Shown: positions 26,909 to 35,551 of the stretch, piece after piece
Layout: the number at the start of each line of letters is the position of its first letter
Numbering within the stretch: position 1 is the first letter of the stretch
DNA from: Candidatus Saccharimonadales bacterium
GTDB lineage: Bacteria > Patescibacteriota > Saccharimonadia > Saccharimonadales > 2-12-FULL-41-12
Direction: 5' to 3'
DNA length: 64,000 bases
Assembly (NCBI GenBank): GCA_041600715.1
Contig: JBFIJM010000001.1
Location: 387 to 64,386, forward strand
The notes under the pieces: model-generated
The model's input: only the letters and a program-made list of their open reading frames with translations
What the model was told of the DNA's origin: nothing
The model's database searches: none
Position numbers and translations under genes: made by a program

Positions 26909-26934
26909 ACCACCCACAATGGGTGGTTTTATTT
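26909..26934 (+). terminator. Rho-independent terminator of rplU
   Basis: ACCACCCA-caa-TGGGTGGT followed by TTTTATTT. Confidence 0.85.
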
Positions 26935-27035
26935 AATCAAGTTAACCCACCCTAAATAGCTAGTACTATACGGTTAGATAACACTTTATTTATGGTGTGC
27001 TTGTTATGGGCACATGGTGTACAATAACCTGTATC

Positions 27036-27875
27036 ATGGAGATCATAAGCAAGTTCAGGTGCCGTTTTGTTCGAATTAGTTTACTGTTGGCAATGGCTAC
27101 TTTTGTTGTGTTCCCTGCTGTAAATGAAGCCGCCACCCTGTCTACCAATTTTTCCGCAGGCGGAGAACTTGTTCAGGGTAATATAGTTAGTCTGGATAAA
27201 GATGGGCGTACGGTTATTAGGGCTAATCGCGATAATATCGCGAATCTACACGGTGTTGTTGTTAATTCAAGTGATGTGTCATTCTCGCAGAACAATGATA
27301 ATGGAGTCTCTGTCGCTAGTACGGGTGTTATTGAGACACTTGTTAGTGACGTTAATGGTGAAATTAACAGCGGTGACCCGATAACAGTGAATCTCATAGA
27401 AGGTATAGGTGAAAAAGCCTTAGGAGTAGGTAAGGTTATTGGTGTAGCACAAGGTTCATTTGATGGTACGAATGGCACAAGCTATACCTACACACAAGAC
27501 GGAGAAAGCAAAACAATAAAAATAGGCACAATTCCGGTCAAAGTTGAGGTAAGTAACTACGGCGGAAAACAGGGAAGTGCAAGTGCTCAGGATTCAAACC
27601 TTAATCGAAGTAAGATTTTACAAGTAGCCGATGGCCTTGCTGGAAAGCAGGTTAAGGCCATAGCTTTGATAATTGGTTTTCTGTTCGTTCTAATCGGCGG
27701 GTTTGTCGCTACATTCCTTATAACTTCATCAGGTTATGCGTCTATGATTTCTGTTGGGCGTAATCCTCTATCTGAAAAAAAGGTATTAAAGGCACTCGCT
27801 CGAGTCCTGCTGATTGCGATAGGAGTGTTCTTAACTGGGCTCTCCTTAGCTTACGTCACAATAAAACTTGTATAA
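27036..27875 (+). CDS. Secreted or membrane protein (signal peptide, beta-rich ectodomain, C-terminal TM pair), hypothetical
   Basis: The ATG at 27036 lies 10 nt after TACAAT (27020-27025). Signal-like RISLLLAMATFVVFPAVNEA. C-terminal AIALIIGFLFVLIGGFVATFLI and VLLIAIGVFLTGLSLAYV. Confidence 0.6.
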   Translation: MEIISKFRCRFVRISLLLAMATFVVFPAVNEAATLSTNFSAGGELVQGNIVSLDKDGRTVIRANRDNIANLHGVVVNSSDVSFSQNNDNGVSVASTGVIETLVSDVNGEINSGDPITVNLIEGIGEKALGVGKVIGVAQGSFDGTNGTSYTYTQDGESKTIKIGTIPVKVEVSNYGGKQGSASAQDSNLNRSKILQVADGLAGKQVKAIALIIGFLFVLIGGFVATFLITSSGYASMISVGRNPLSEKKVLKALARVLLIAIGVFLTGLSLAYVTIKLV

Positions 27876-27968
27876 AACTATTTACAAGTTCTAGGGTTGT
27901 GATTATAGTTATGGTTAGGTGATAAAAAATAAAAATACACCAAAAATAAAAACAAAGAAATTGTCCAG

Positions 27969-30900
27969 ATGGACGAACACCAAAAACAAACACCAATGAC
28001 AGATATTACCCCAGGCGTAAGGCGGGAGGGGTTTGCTGTAATTGATAGGAAGATAAGCGTCAAGAAAGCTCCAGTGAGACTATCTGTTGATGAAAGAGGT
28101 AGTGTACCAGCCTCTGGTGAGATAGATGCAACTTCAGAAGATTTATCGTTAGGCTCCAGCTCTACAGCGACAGTTGTAGTGCCAAACCCTGTAGCCTCAA
28201 ACGTACCTACACCTCAGGCGATGTACGACGGGCATAATTTTGCAGGCAAGGGATCTAAGAAAAGAATTATTTTAACCATTAGTGCGTGGATGGGTGTGTT
28301 TGTACTCATCTCAGCAATTATTTTTGCCGTTGTTTCATCTAGAAGTAATGACGAAAATGCAGAAAACAAAGTTCAACCAATAACTTCAATACCTAAAGAA
28401 GATCTGCTTAGTGCATCACAAAAAGACTTTGGAACACGTAGCGAAGTAACTATAAATGGTCCTCTCCAGGTAAAGAATAAATTTACAATCAGTCCGTCCG
28501 AAAAGCCATTGAATCCACAAGCAGGTCAGATATATTTTGATGGTAAAACAAAACAATTTGTATTTTATGATGGAGAAGGTTACCAAACTCTCATAACTAA
28601 TCAGCTGTCTGATCAGTTCGGTTCATTGAGTCGGGCAGGACCGGGGACGGGGTTGTCACTTAGTGGCACTCAACTTAATAATAGCGGAGTTTTAAGCATT
28701 CAAGGACAATCGGGTAACCTGACAATAACAGGTGGGCCCGGTTTAGTCGTTAACGGCCTACAACTAGCCAATACCGGCGTGCTGTCTGTTCAAGGAACGG
28801 CCGGTAATGTTGTATTTAGCGGTGGAGCAGGTATTGCAGTAAACGGAACACAGATTAGCAATACAGGCGTCTTGTCAGTCGTCGGTACCGCTAACCAGGT
28901 TAGTGTTAGCACGGCAGGTGGAGTAGTGACCGTTTCACTGCCGCAGAACATCTCGACTAATTCATCGCCACTATTCAATGGGCTCAACTTAACCAATGCT
29001 TTATCGGTAGCAAACGGTGGCACAGGATCAAGTGCTATCAACTTTGTTGCAAACGGTTCAGTATATTACGACGGAACACGACTTGTTTCTACTTCTGCAC
29101 CAGCTAGTGCTGGCCTTTGTCTGATTAGCACCGCTGGCGCCCCAGCGTTTGGCACATGTCCTGGCTCCAGTGCGAGTATAGGTGGTTCGGGAACGCCTGG
29201 TGCTATCCCCTACTTTGACTCTGCCAACACAATCGCTGATTCAATAATGGTACAATCCGGATCGACAGTAACAGTTGCCGGAACCTTAGATGCTACATTT
29301 CTAGTGGGAGATGGCTCCAGTGTCACTAATGTTGATGCAACAGCTTTGAGTGGTCAGGGTTCTGCATATTATAGAAACGCATCCAATATAAATAGCGGTA
29401 TACTCGCCACTGCTTACGGCGGCACAGGCTTGGCAACGACCCCTGCTAACGGACAATTATTAATTGGTAACGGATCTGGCTATAGCCTTGGTACAATCGG
29501 TAATGGTGGCGGATTAACTGTAACTAACGGAGTCGGTACTATCAGTGTTGCGGTAAATTATGGTTCAACCGCCAACACCTCGGCAGAAGGTGATAAACAG
29601 ATAACTGTAACTGCTGGAACTAACTTAACTGGTGGCGGTGTTGTGACAATTGGTGCTGGCGGAACACTGACACTGAATGTTGCGAGTAGTCCAACCTTCT
29701 CGGGTAATTTAAGTGTTCAGGGTGGGTCCGCTACACTTGGCACTGTGTCACAAGCAGGTTCATTAGTGCTAAATGACGGTGCAGGCAATATTGGGACTCT
29801 CCAGGTGGCTTCGCTTGGGCAAGGAACTATTTATACCTTGCCCGATCCAGGTGTAGCCACAGCGACCATTTGTCTAACGACCAACAACTGTGTTGGTCCT
29901 AATGGTGGTGGCGTTACTTCAACTGGAACAGCTAATAAACTAGTAATATTTAGCGGTGGCGCATATAGCCTAGCTGATTCAATCGTTACTCAGTCTTCCG
30001 GCCTTATTACAGTAGACGGTAATCTTTCTGCGACTGCCCTGCAGGGCAACGGAGCAGGATTAACTGACCTTGATGCCGGAAACATAACCACTGGTATATT
30101 ATCAATCGCACGAGGCGGTACTGGTATAAGTCTAACTCCGAACAATGGACAGCTTCTGATAGGTAATGGTACTGGTTATAGTCTAGCTACAATAACCAAT
30201 GCTGATGGCACGGTAGAAATAGTTACTGGCCCAGGTAGTATACAGATCTCGGTTCCAAGAGCTGACCAGTGTGCGACTTGTGCAGACTATACACTTAGCA
30301 ACTTAGCAGATGTAATAGCTATAAATAAATCTCTGCTACCTGCATCTGCAGGCAGTATCAGTCTCGGTGGCGCAGGATTGCCATATCAATATCTATACCT
30401 CTCAGGGGATGAAGTAGCCAATCCAGGGAGTAATTACTTTACTATTACCGGCGATGCTTCTGCTCAGCGAACAATTACCTTGCCGGATGCATCCGGTATA
30501 GTTTGTCTCGATAACGGTAACTGTGCAGGTGCGGGCGGCGGCATAGTCGGTAGTTCTGCAGGTACCACAGGGTATCTCCCAGTCTATACGGGTAGCTACA
30601 CTATAGCTGACAGTATTGTCAGTCAATCATTGGGGGTTCTGTCTGTCGGTGGAAATTTGAACGTAAGTGGTAACGTCTCAATAACTAATGGCTTGACAGT
30701 AACAAACAATATTTCTGCTGCATCATTTAATAACCTTACCCTAACCGCTCTAGCAGATGGCTTCAGCTTATTGGGTGGAACAACCTCTCGAACGCTAACT
30801 GTGCAAGGCAGTAACATTACACTTAATCAAAGCCTTCAGACAACAGACACCCCAAATTTCTCGGGCCTCACTCTTTCTAACTCCCTAGGTGTAGCCTATG

Positions 30901-33900
30901 GGGGTACTGGTATTCTCGGTGGGCCAACAGCCAACGGTCAACTGCTGATAGGATCTAGTACTGGTAACTATACACGCGCTACTTTGACAGCAGGTAGCGG
31001 AATTGTTATTACGAATTCAGCAGGCGGTATAACAGTTGCTGCGCCAACCGCGGGTACTTGTACTTCTGGTTGTGCCGACCAGTCATTGTCTAATCTTGCA
31101 GCAATAAACATCAACACAAGTTTGCTTCCTAACTCAGGCAATACAGTTAGTCTGGGTTCTCTTACTCGCCCATTCCAGAGCATTCGTCTTAATAGTACTG
31201 CTGGCGCTCAAGGATTTAATATTACAGGTACGAATGCCACCGGCACGGAGGTTACTATAGCCTTGCCAGTATTGAATGGTACCGTTGCTTTGGTGCAAAC
31301 CGCAGGTTCTAGCACTACTCAAAACGGGGATCTGAATATCGGTGGAAATATAATCGGCAATAGGTTGATTAGTGGTCTAGTCGGTACAGATGACGGTACT
31401 TCGTCTTCCAATGTAATGCTTAGAAGTGGCAATGCAAGCTCCGGGAATTCCGGCAATGTATCTATTGACTCAGGAAGCGCTAGTGGTACTGCTGGCACAA
31501 TATCCATAGCAACTGTTAATGCGAGCGGATTGACTCTTGGTCGAGCTGGAGTGCAAGTTTCTATTCCTGGCGGACTGAACACTCAAGGTAGCGATATTGT
31601 TAGCCAAAACGGTAACCTTAACCTAGGAACTGGGAGCATCACATCTGGTAATATCAATGGACAGACTATTAGTAGTAGTGCAAACTTCACTGGTACAGTT
31701 CTAATACAAGGAGCTGATGCTCTTACTTTAGGAACTTCTGGAGCCAACACAGGTGCGATCATTTTCCGTAACCTTAACGGTAGCAACAGTGTGAAGCTCA
31801 AGGCATCCGACCTTAACCCAGGATCCGATATAACATTTACTCTACCAAATGCGCTACCAGGAAGCACCGAGTGTGTGACGCTCAGCGCTACTGGCCAATT
31901 TGGATCACAAAACTGTAGCGGTGGCTTAACCGGTAGTGGTAGTGATGGCACATTCTCAATATTTACTTCAGGTGGTACTGCATTGACTGACTCTATACTG
32001 TCTCAGAGTAGCAATACCCTAACTATTCAAGGCTCAAGCAGTAATCTAGTCGTAAGTGGCGGAACATCTGGTGGATTGGGTAATAACTCCATATCACTAG
32101 GAACAGCATCGTCACGTACTGGTGGAATCAACTTTTATAATGAAAGTAACGCCAACGTAGCATCGATAGTAAGTGGAACATCTGCCAATAGTTACACGCT
32201 TATTCTGCCGACCGATCTAGATACAACCGGAAAGTGTCTAAACGTCGGCGCAGGTGGACAAATCGGCTACTTCTCATGTGTATCTAGCGGTGGCGGTGGT
32301 GGAACAGGAGTAACTGGAAGTGGTACGACTGACAGGTTAGTACGATGGACAGACGGCGGTTTATCTGTTGTAGGCGATTCAGTAGTTCGAGACAACGGAA
32401 CACGTGTCGGTATCGGTATTGCACCTGATGCAACTGCAGTGTTTGTAGTTGGAAGTAGTGGCGCATTCAAGGTAACAAATGCAGGCGCCTTGACCTCTGC
32501 CGGAATTACGAATAGTTCTGGAGGTATAGATAACAGCAGTAGTGGTATCACAAATACCGGAGCAATTTCTGGGGCTACAAGTGTCAGTGCCTCAGGCTTA
32601 ATCTCTACTAGCGCAAATAATCAGGCGCTTACACTCAGTGGTGCGCCGACTAATAGCGCAACGCAATCACTTCTACAGATTGGTAGTGCGATTGTGGGCG
32701 GTAATACATCGGCAAACGGTGGAACATACATAGGACTAAACGCGCCAAATAGTGGTGCTGGCTCTGTTGCAGATTTAATAAATCTTCAGAAGAACGGGGT
32801 CAGTCTCTTTAGGGTTGCAACAACCGGCGCCGTCACTGCAGGGACTTACAATAGTTTGTCATTACAAGCAAATGCCACAGGCTTTCAGGTTGCTGGCGGT
32901 ACGGCATCAAGACAGTTGACTGTAACAGCGAATGCTACGATTGATCAAAACTTGGCTGTAGGTAGTAACGTAAGTTTTGGTACGCTGACTCTAAGTACGG
33001 CATTAAGCCCAGCTAACGGTGGTACCGGAATCGCAGGTGGACCTACAGCTGATGGTCAACTACTCATTGGTTCTGCCGGAGGCACATATACACGGTCTAC
33101 CCTTACAGCTGGAAGCGGGATCAATATCTCTAATGCATCGGGCTCGATAACTATCAGTTCACCAAGTGCTGGATCTTGTTCTACATGTGCTGATAGACAG
33201 CTAAGCAATCTGACTGGAACCACAGCTATACCAGTAGATCTCTTGCCATCATCTGCAGGCACGATTAACATTGGCTCTGACACTGCTCCATTCAATAGTC
33301 TGTATGTAGGCACCGACGGTAACGCCTTCAGGATAACTGGCACAGCGACTTCAGATCAGACAGTGACTTTGTTTGATGCAGGCGGGCCAAGTGAAATATG
33401 TGTCAAATACAACGGCGGTGCCAACAGCAACTGTTCTGGTACCGGTGGTGGTATTACAGGTAGTGGAGCTGGCACATCGGGAACAATACCGGTGTATACT
33501 GGAAGTTATTCAATTGCTGATAGTATCTTGAGCCAGTCGGCCGGTGTAGTATCTGTAGCAGGTGGCTTAAGTGCTACTGGCGGTGTCAACTTCTCAAGTA
33601 CTCTTGCCGTAACCAATGCAGTTACAGGTGGAACTTTCAACGGGCTAACACTCACCTCAGCATCAGACGGATTCACCATAAATGGCGGTACTACTCCACG
33701 AACTCTGACAGTTCAAGGGGCAAATGTATCGATAAACCAGAGCTTACTGACATCTAGCAACGTCACATTTGCAGGAGTTACTGCATCTGGCAACCTGAGC
33801 ATTACAGGAACCAGCACACTCACTGGAGCAGTTACCGCATCGTCAATCGCTCCTCCAGCTTCAACAGCGTTTATTCTGGGTGCGAACGGTGCTGGACAGA

Positions 33901-35549
33901 CTACTAATCTTCAGGGTAGTACTATTACGTTCACTAACGGGGCTCGTACCTATGGATTCAATAGCGTTGCTTCTGGATCGCACACAATTTGTGATTCAAG
34001 TGGTAACTGCGCTAGCGCGGGCGGTGGTGTCACTACTGTCGGCGGTACTTTAAATAAATTAGCCAAGTTTAGTGGTTCGCAGACAATCGTAGACTCAGTA
34101 TTCAGTGATGATGGTACAAACGGTACAATCTCTGGGAGCTTGTCTATACAAGGAACAACCCTTTCAGGTAGCGGTGCACTGACGGTGGCTAGTACTGGTG
34201 GCGCCAACAACCTTACTCTTAACTCCGGTTCTGGCACTATTATCTTCGGTGCCAATACTTTCCAACGCACTGCAACCGGGGGTGTAACCTTCGACCTAGT
34301 TGATGTTAACCCGACTACGTTCACCGTAACAAATAGTCATGGTACTGGAGTTGCTAATCTGAGCGTGGAAGGCTCTGGCACTTTCGGTGCAGGAGTAACA
34401 TCAACTGGTGGAGTGGTAAATCTCAACGCCAGCTCAAACAACGCAACCAACATAAACACCGGTACTAGTACAGGAGCTGTCGCAATAGGTAATAGCGCTA
34501 CTTCAAGCCTGACCATCGAATCTGGCACGGGTACTACAAGTCTATTTAATGGAGCAACTGCTCACACTATAAACTTCGCTACTGGAGCGGCTTCTCAGAG
34601 TATAACAATAGGATCCATTAATACTACAAGTCTTACCAAGATCCAGGGTGGCGCAACAGGAAGTGTCAGCATCGGAGCGGTCCTGGCAGAGACTAACAGC
34701 TCAACAGTCAATATTGCAAACACGAGTAATGCAACAGGCACTCAGACGGTCAGGATTGGCTCAACCGCGAATTCTGCCAACTCCACTATTTTGCAGTCTG
34801 GATCAACCAACGGCGTTATCGTAAGGTCCGACGGCACCACTGGATTTAGAGTTCAAAATGCCAGCGGAAGTACGACTATATTTACCGTAGACAGCACCAA
34901 CTCCATAGTTACCATAGGTAGTGCCACAGGTTCACTTACAGGCAGAGACCTTGTAGTAGCAGATCTTGATGTTACAACTTCACTTCGTGTGGGTAATGGC
35001 ACAAACGGGGTGAGCTTCAATGATGCGACATCTGGTAAGTTCCGCCTCAGTGGTACAGCTCGTAACTCCAAGAAACTCTTGTTAACCGCAGAATATGCAG
35101 GCTTAGTTCTTGACCCAGACGGCAGTAACAACATAGGGTCTGCTACCAGTGCATTCGATGCAACCCAAAGGGAAAGCTACTATAACTGGAGTACAACTCA
35201 AGCGACAAATCAGGACTATGACTTTGTTGTTCAGGTGCCACTACCGAGCGATTTCGACGGACTTGATGGCAGTAATCCGATAACCATCGACCGCTGGACA
35301 AGCAATACTACTAACGGAACTATTACAGCCACACTTTTAGATACAGCTGGCTCAGCCGTAATTAACTGGAACTCATGTTCGCTTACCCCAGGTAGTTCAA
35401 GTACTTGGACAACTACAACTGGATGTTCGATATCAACAGGAACCTTCACTGCTGATGGAGTAATTACTCTACGGATAAAACTTCAGGCACCACAGAACGG
35501 CAACACAAGAATCGGTAATATAACAATAAATTACTTAAGTAAGTTCTAA
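27969..35549 (+). CDS. Giant (2526 aa) membrane-anchored surface protein built from concatenated tail-fibre-like modules
   Basis: Uninterrupted 7.6-kb ORF with an N-terminal TM (ILTISAWMGVFVLISAIIFAVV). Seven CysX5-13Cys plus Gly-rich junctions, each followed by a G..(N)KL..F(S/T)G....(A/V)DS.(V/L).Q motif. Four GGTG..NGQLLIG units. Three C..CAD..LSNL....LLP..G...(L/I)G units. A beta-sandwich-like C-terminus. Confidence 0.85.
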   Translation: MDEHQKQTPMTDITPGVRREGFAVIDRKISVKKAPVRLSVDERGSVPASGEIDATSEDLSLGSSSTATVVVPNPVASNVPTPQAMYDGHNFAGKGSKKRIILTISAWMGVFVLISAIIFAVVSSRSNDENAENKVQPITSIPKEDLLSASQKDFGTRSEVTINGPLQVKNKFTISPSEKPLNPQAGQIYFDGKTKQFVFYDGEGYQTLITNQLSDQFGSLSRAGPGTGLSLSGTQLNNSGVLSIQGQSGNLTITGGPGLVVNGLQLANTGVLSVQGTAGNVVFSGGAGIAVNGTQISNTGVLSVVGTANQVSVSTAGGVVTVSLPQNISTNSSPLFNGLNLTNALSVANGGTGSSAINFVANGSVYYDGTRLVSTSAPASAGLCLISTAGAPAFGTCPGSSASIGGSGTPGAIPYFDSANTIADSIMVQSGSTVTVAGTLDATFLVGDGSSVTNVDATALSGQGSAYYRNASNINSGILATAYGGTGLATTPANGQLLIGNGSGYSLGTIGNGGGLTVTNGVGTISVAVNYGSTANTSAEGDKQITVTAGTNLTGGGVVTIGAGGTLTLNVASSPTFSGNLSVQGGSATLGTVSQAGSLVLNDGAGNIGTLQVASLGQGTIYTLPDPGVATATICLTTNNCVGPNGGGVTSTGTANKLVIFSGGAYSLADSIVTQSSGLITVDGNLSATALQGNGAGLTDLDAGNITTGILSIARGGTGISLTPNNGQLLIGNGTGYSLATITNADGTVEIVTGPGSIQISVPRADQCATCADYTLSNLADVIAINKSLLPASAGSISLGGAGLPYQYLYLSGDEVANPGSNYFTITGDASAQRTITLPDASGIVCLDNGNCAGAGGGIVGSSAGTTGYLPVYTGSYTIADSIVSQSLGVLSVGGNLNVSGNVSITNGLTVTNNISAASFNNLTLTALADGFSLLGGTTSRTLTVQGSNITLNQSLQTTDTPNFSGLTLSNSLGVAYGGTGILGGPTANGQLLIGSSTGNYTRATLTAGSGIVITNSAGGITVAAPTAGTCTSGCADQSLSNLAAININTSLLPNSGNTVSLGSLTRPFQSIRLNSTAGAQGFNITGTNATGTEVTIALPVLNGTVALVQTAGSSTTQNGDLNIGGNIIGNRLISGLVGTDDGTSSSNVMLRSGNASSGNSGNVSIDSGSASGTAGTISIATVNASGLTLGRAGVQVSIPGGLNTQGSDIVSQNGNLNLGTGSITSGNINGQTISSSANFTGTVLIQGADALTLGTSGANTGAIIFRNLNGSNSVKLKASDLNPGSDITFTLPNALPGSTECVTLSATGQFGSQNCSGGLTGSGSDGTFSIFTSGGTALTDSILSQSSNTLTIQGSSSNLVVSGGTSGGLGNNSISLGTASSRTGGINFYNESNANVASIVSGTSANSYTLILPTDLDTTGKCLNVGAGGQIGYFSCVSSGGGGGTGVTGSGTTDRLVRWTDGGLSVVGDSVVRDNGTRVGIGIAPDATAVFVVGSSGAFKVTNAGALTSAGITNSSGGIDNSSSGITNTGAISGATSVSASGLISTSANNQALTLSGAPTNSATQSLLQIGSAIVGGNTSANGGTYIGLNAPNSGAGSVADLINLQKNGVSLFRVATTGAVTAGTYNSLSLQANATGFQVAGGTASRQLTVTANATIDQNLAVGSNVSFGTLTLSTALSPANGGTGIAGGPTADGQLLIGSAGGTYTRSTLTAGSGINISNASGSITISSPSAGSCSTCADRQLSNLTGTTAIPVDLLPSSAGTINIGSDTAPFNSLYVGTDGNAFRITGTATSDQTVTLFDAGGPSEICVKYNGGANSNCSGTGGGITGSGAGTSGTIPVYTGSYSIADSILSQSAGVVSVAGGLSATGGVNFSSTLAVTNAVTGGTFNGLTLTSASDGFTINGGTTPRTLTVQGANVSINQSLLTSSNVTFAGVTASGNLSITGTSTLTGAVTASSIAPPASTAFILGANGAGQTTNLQGSTITFTNGARTYGFNSVASGSHTICDSSGNCASAGGGVTTVGGTLNKLAKFSGSQTIVDSVFSDDGTNGTISGSLSIQGTTLSGSGALTVASTGGANNLTLNSGSGTIIFGANTFQRTATGGVTFDLVDVNPTTFTVTNSHGTGVANLSVEGSGTFGAGVTSTGGVVNLNASSNNATNINTGTSTGAVAIGNSATSSLTIESGTGTTSLFNGATAHTINFATGAASQSITIGSINTTSLTKIQGGATGSVSIGAVLAETNSSTVNIANTSNATGTQTVRIGSTANSANSTILQSGSTNGVIVRSDGTTGFRVQNASGSTTIFTVDSTNSIVTIGSATGSLTGRDLVVADLDVTTSLRVGNGTNGVSFNDATSGKFRLSGTARNSKKLLLTAEYAGLVLDPDGSNNIGSATSAFDATQRESYYNWSTTQATNQDYDFVVQVPLPSDFDGLDGSNPITIDRWTSNTTNGTITATLLDTAGSAVINWNSCSLTPGSSSTWTTTTGCSISTGTFTADGVITLRIKLQAPQNGNTRIGNITINYLSKF

Positions 35550-35551
35550 TC

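Noticed and set aside
27864-27889. Hairpin AACTTGTA-N10-TACAAGTT as a terminator between the 27036 gene and the giant gene
   Set aside because: The stem is only 8 bp and AT-rich, the stop codon lies in the loop, and no U-tract follows. It is not convincing, so co-transcription remains possible.
27969-35549. Prophage or phage tail-fibre gene cluster
   Set aside because: Tail-fibre-like motifs and S74 domains are present. However, no capsid, terminase, portal, tail-tube, lysis or integrase genes occur in the window. The flanks are housekeeping genes (rplU, parAB), and the proteins carry N-terminal membrane anchors typical of cellular surface proteins.
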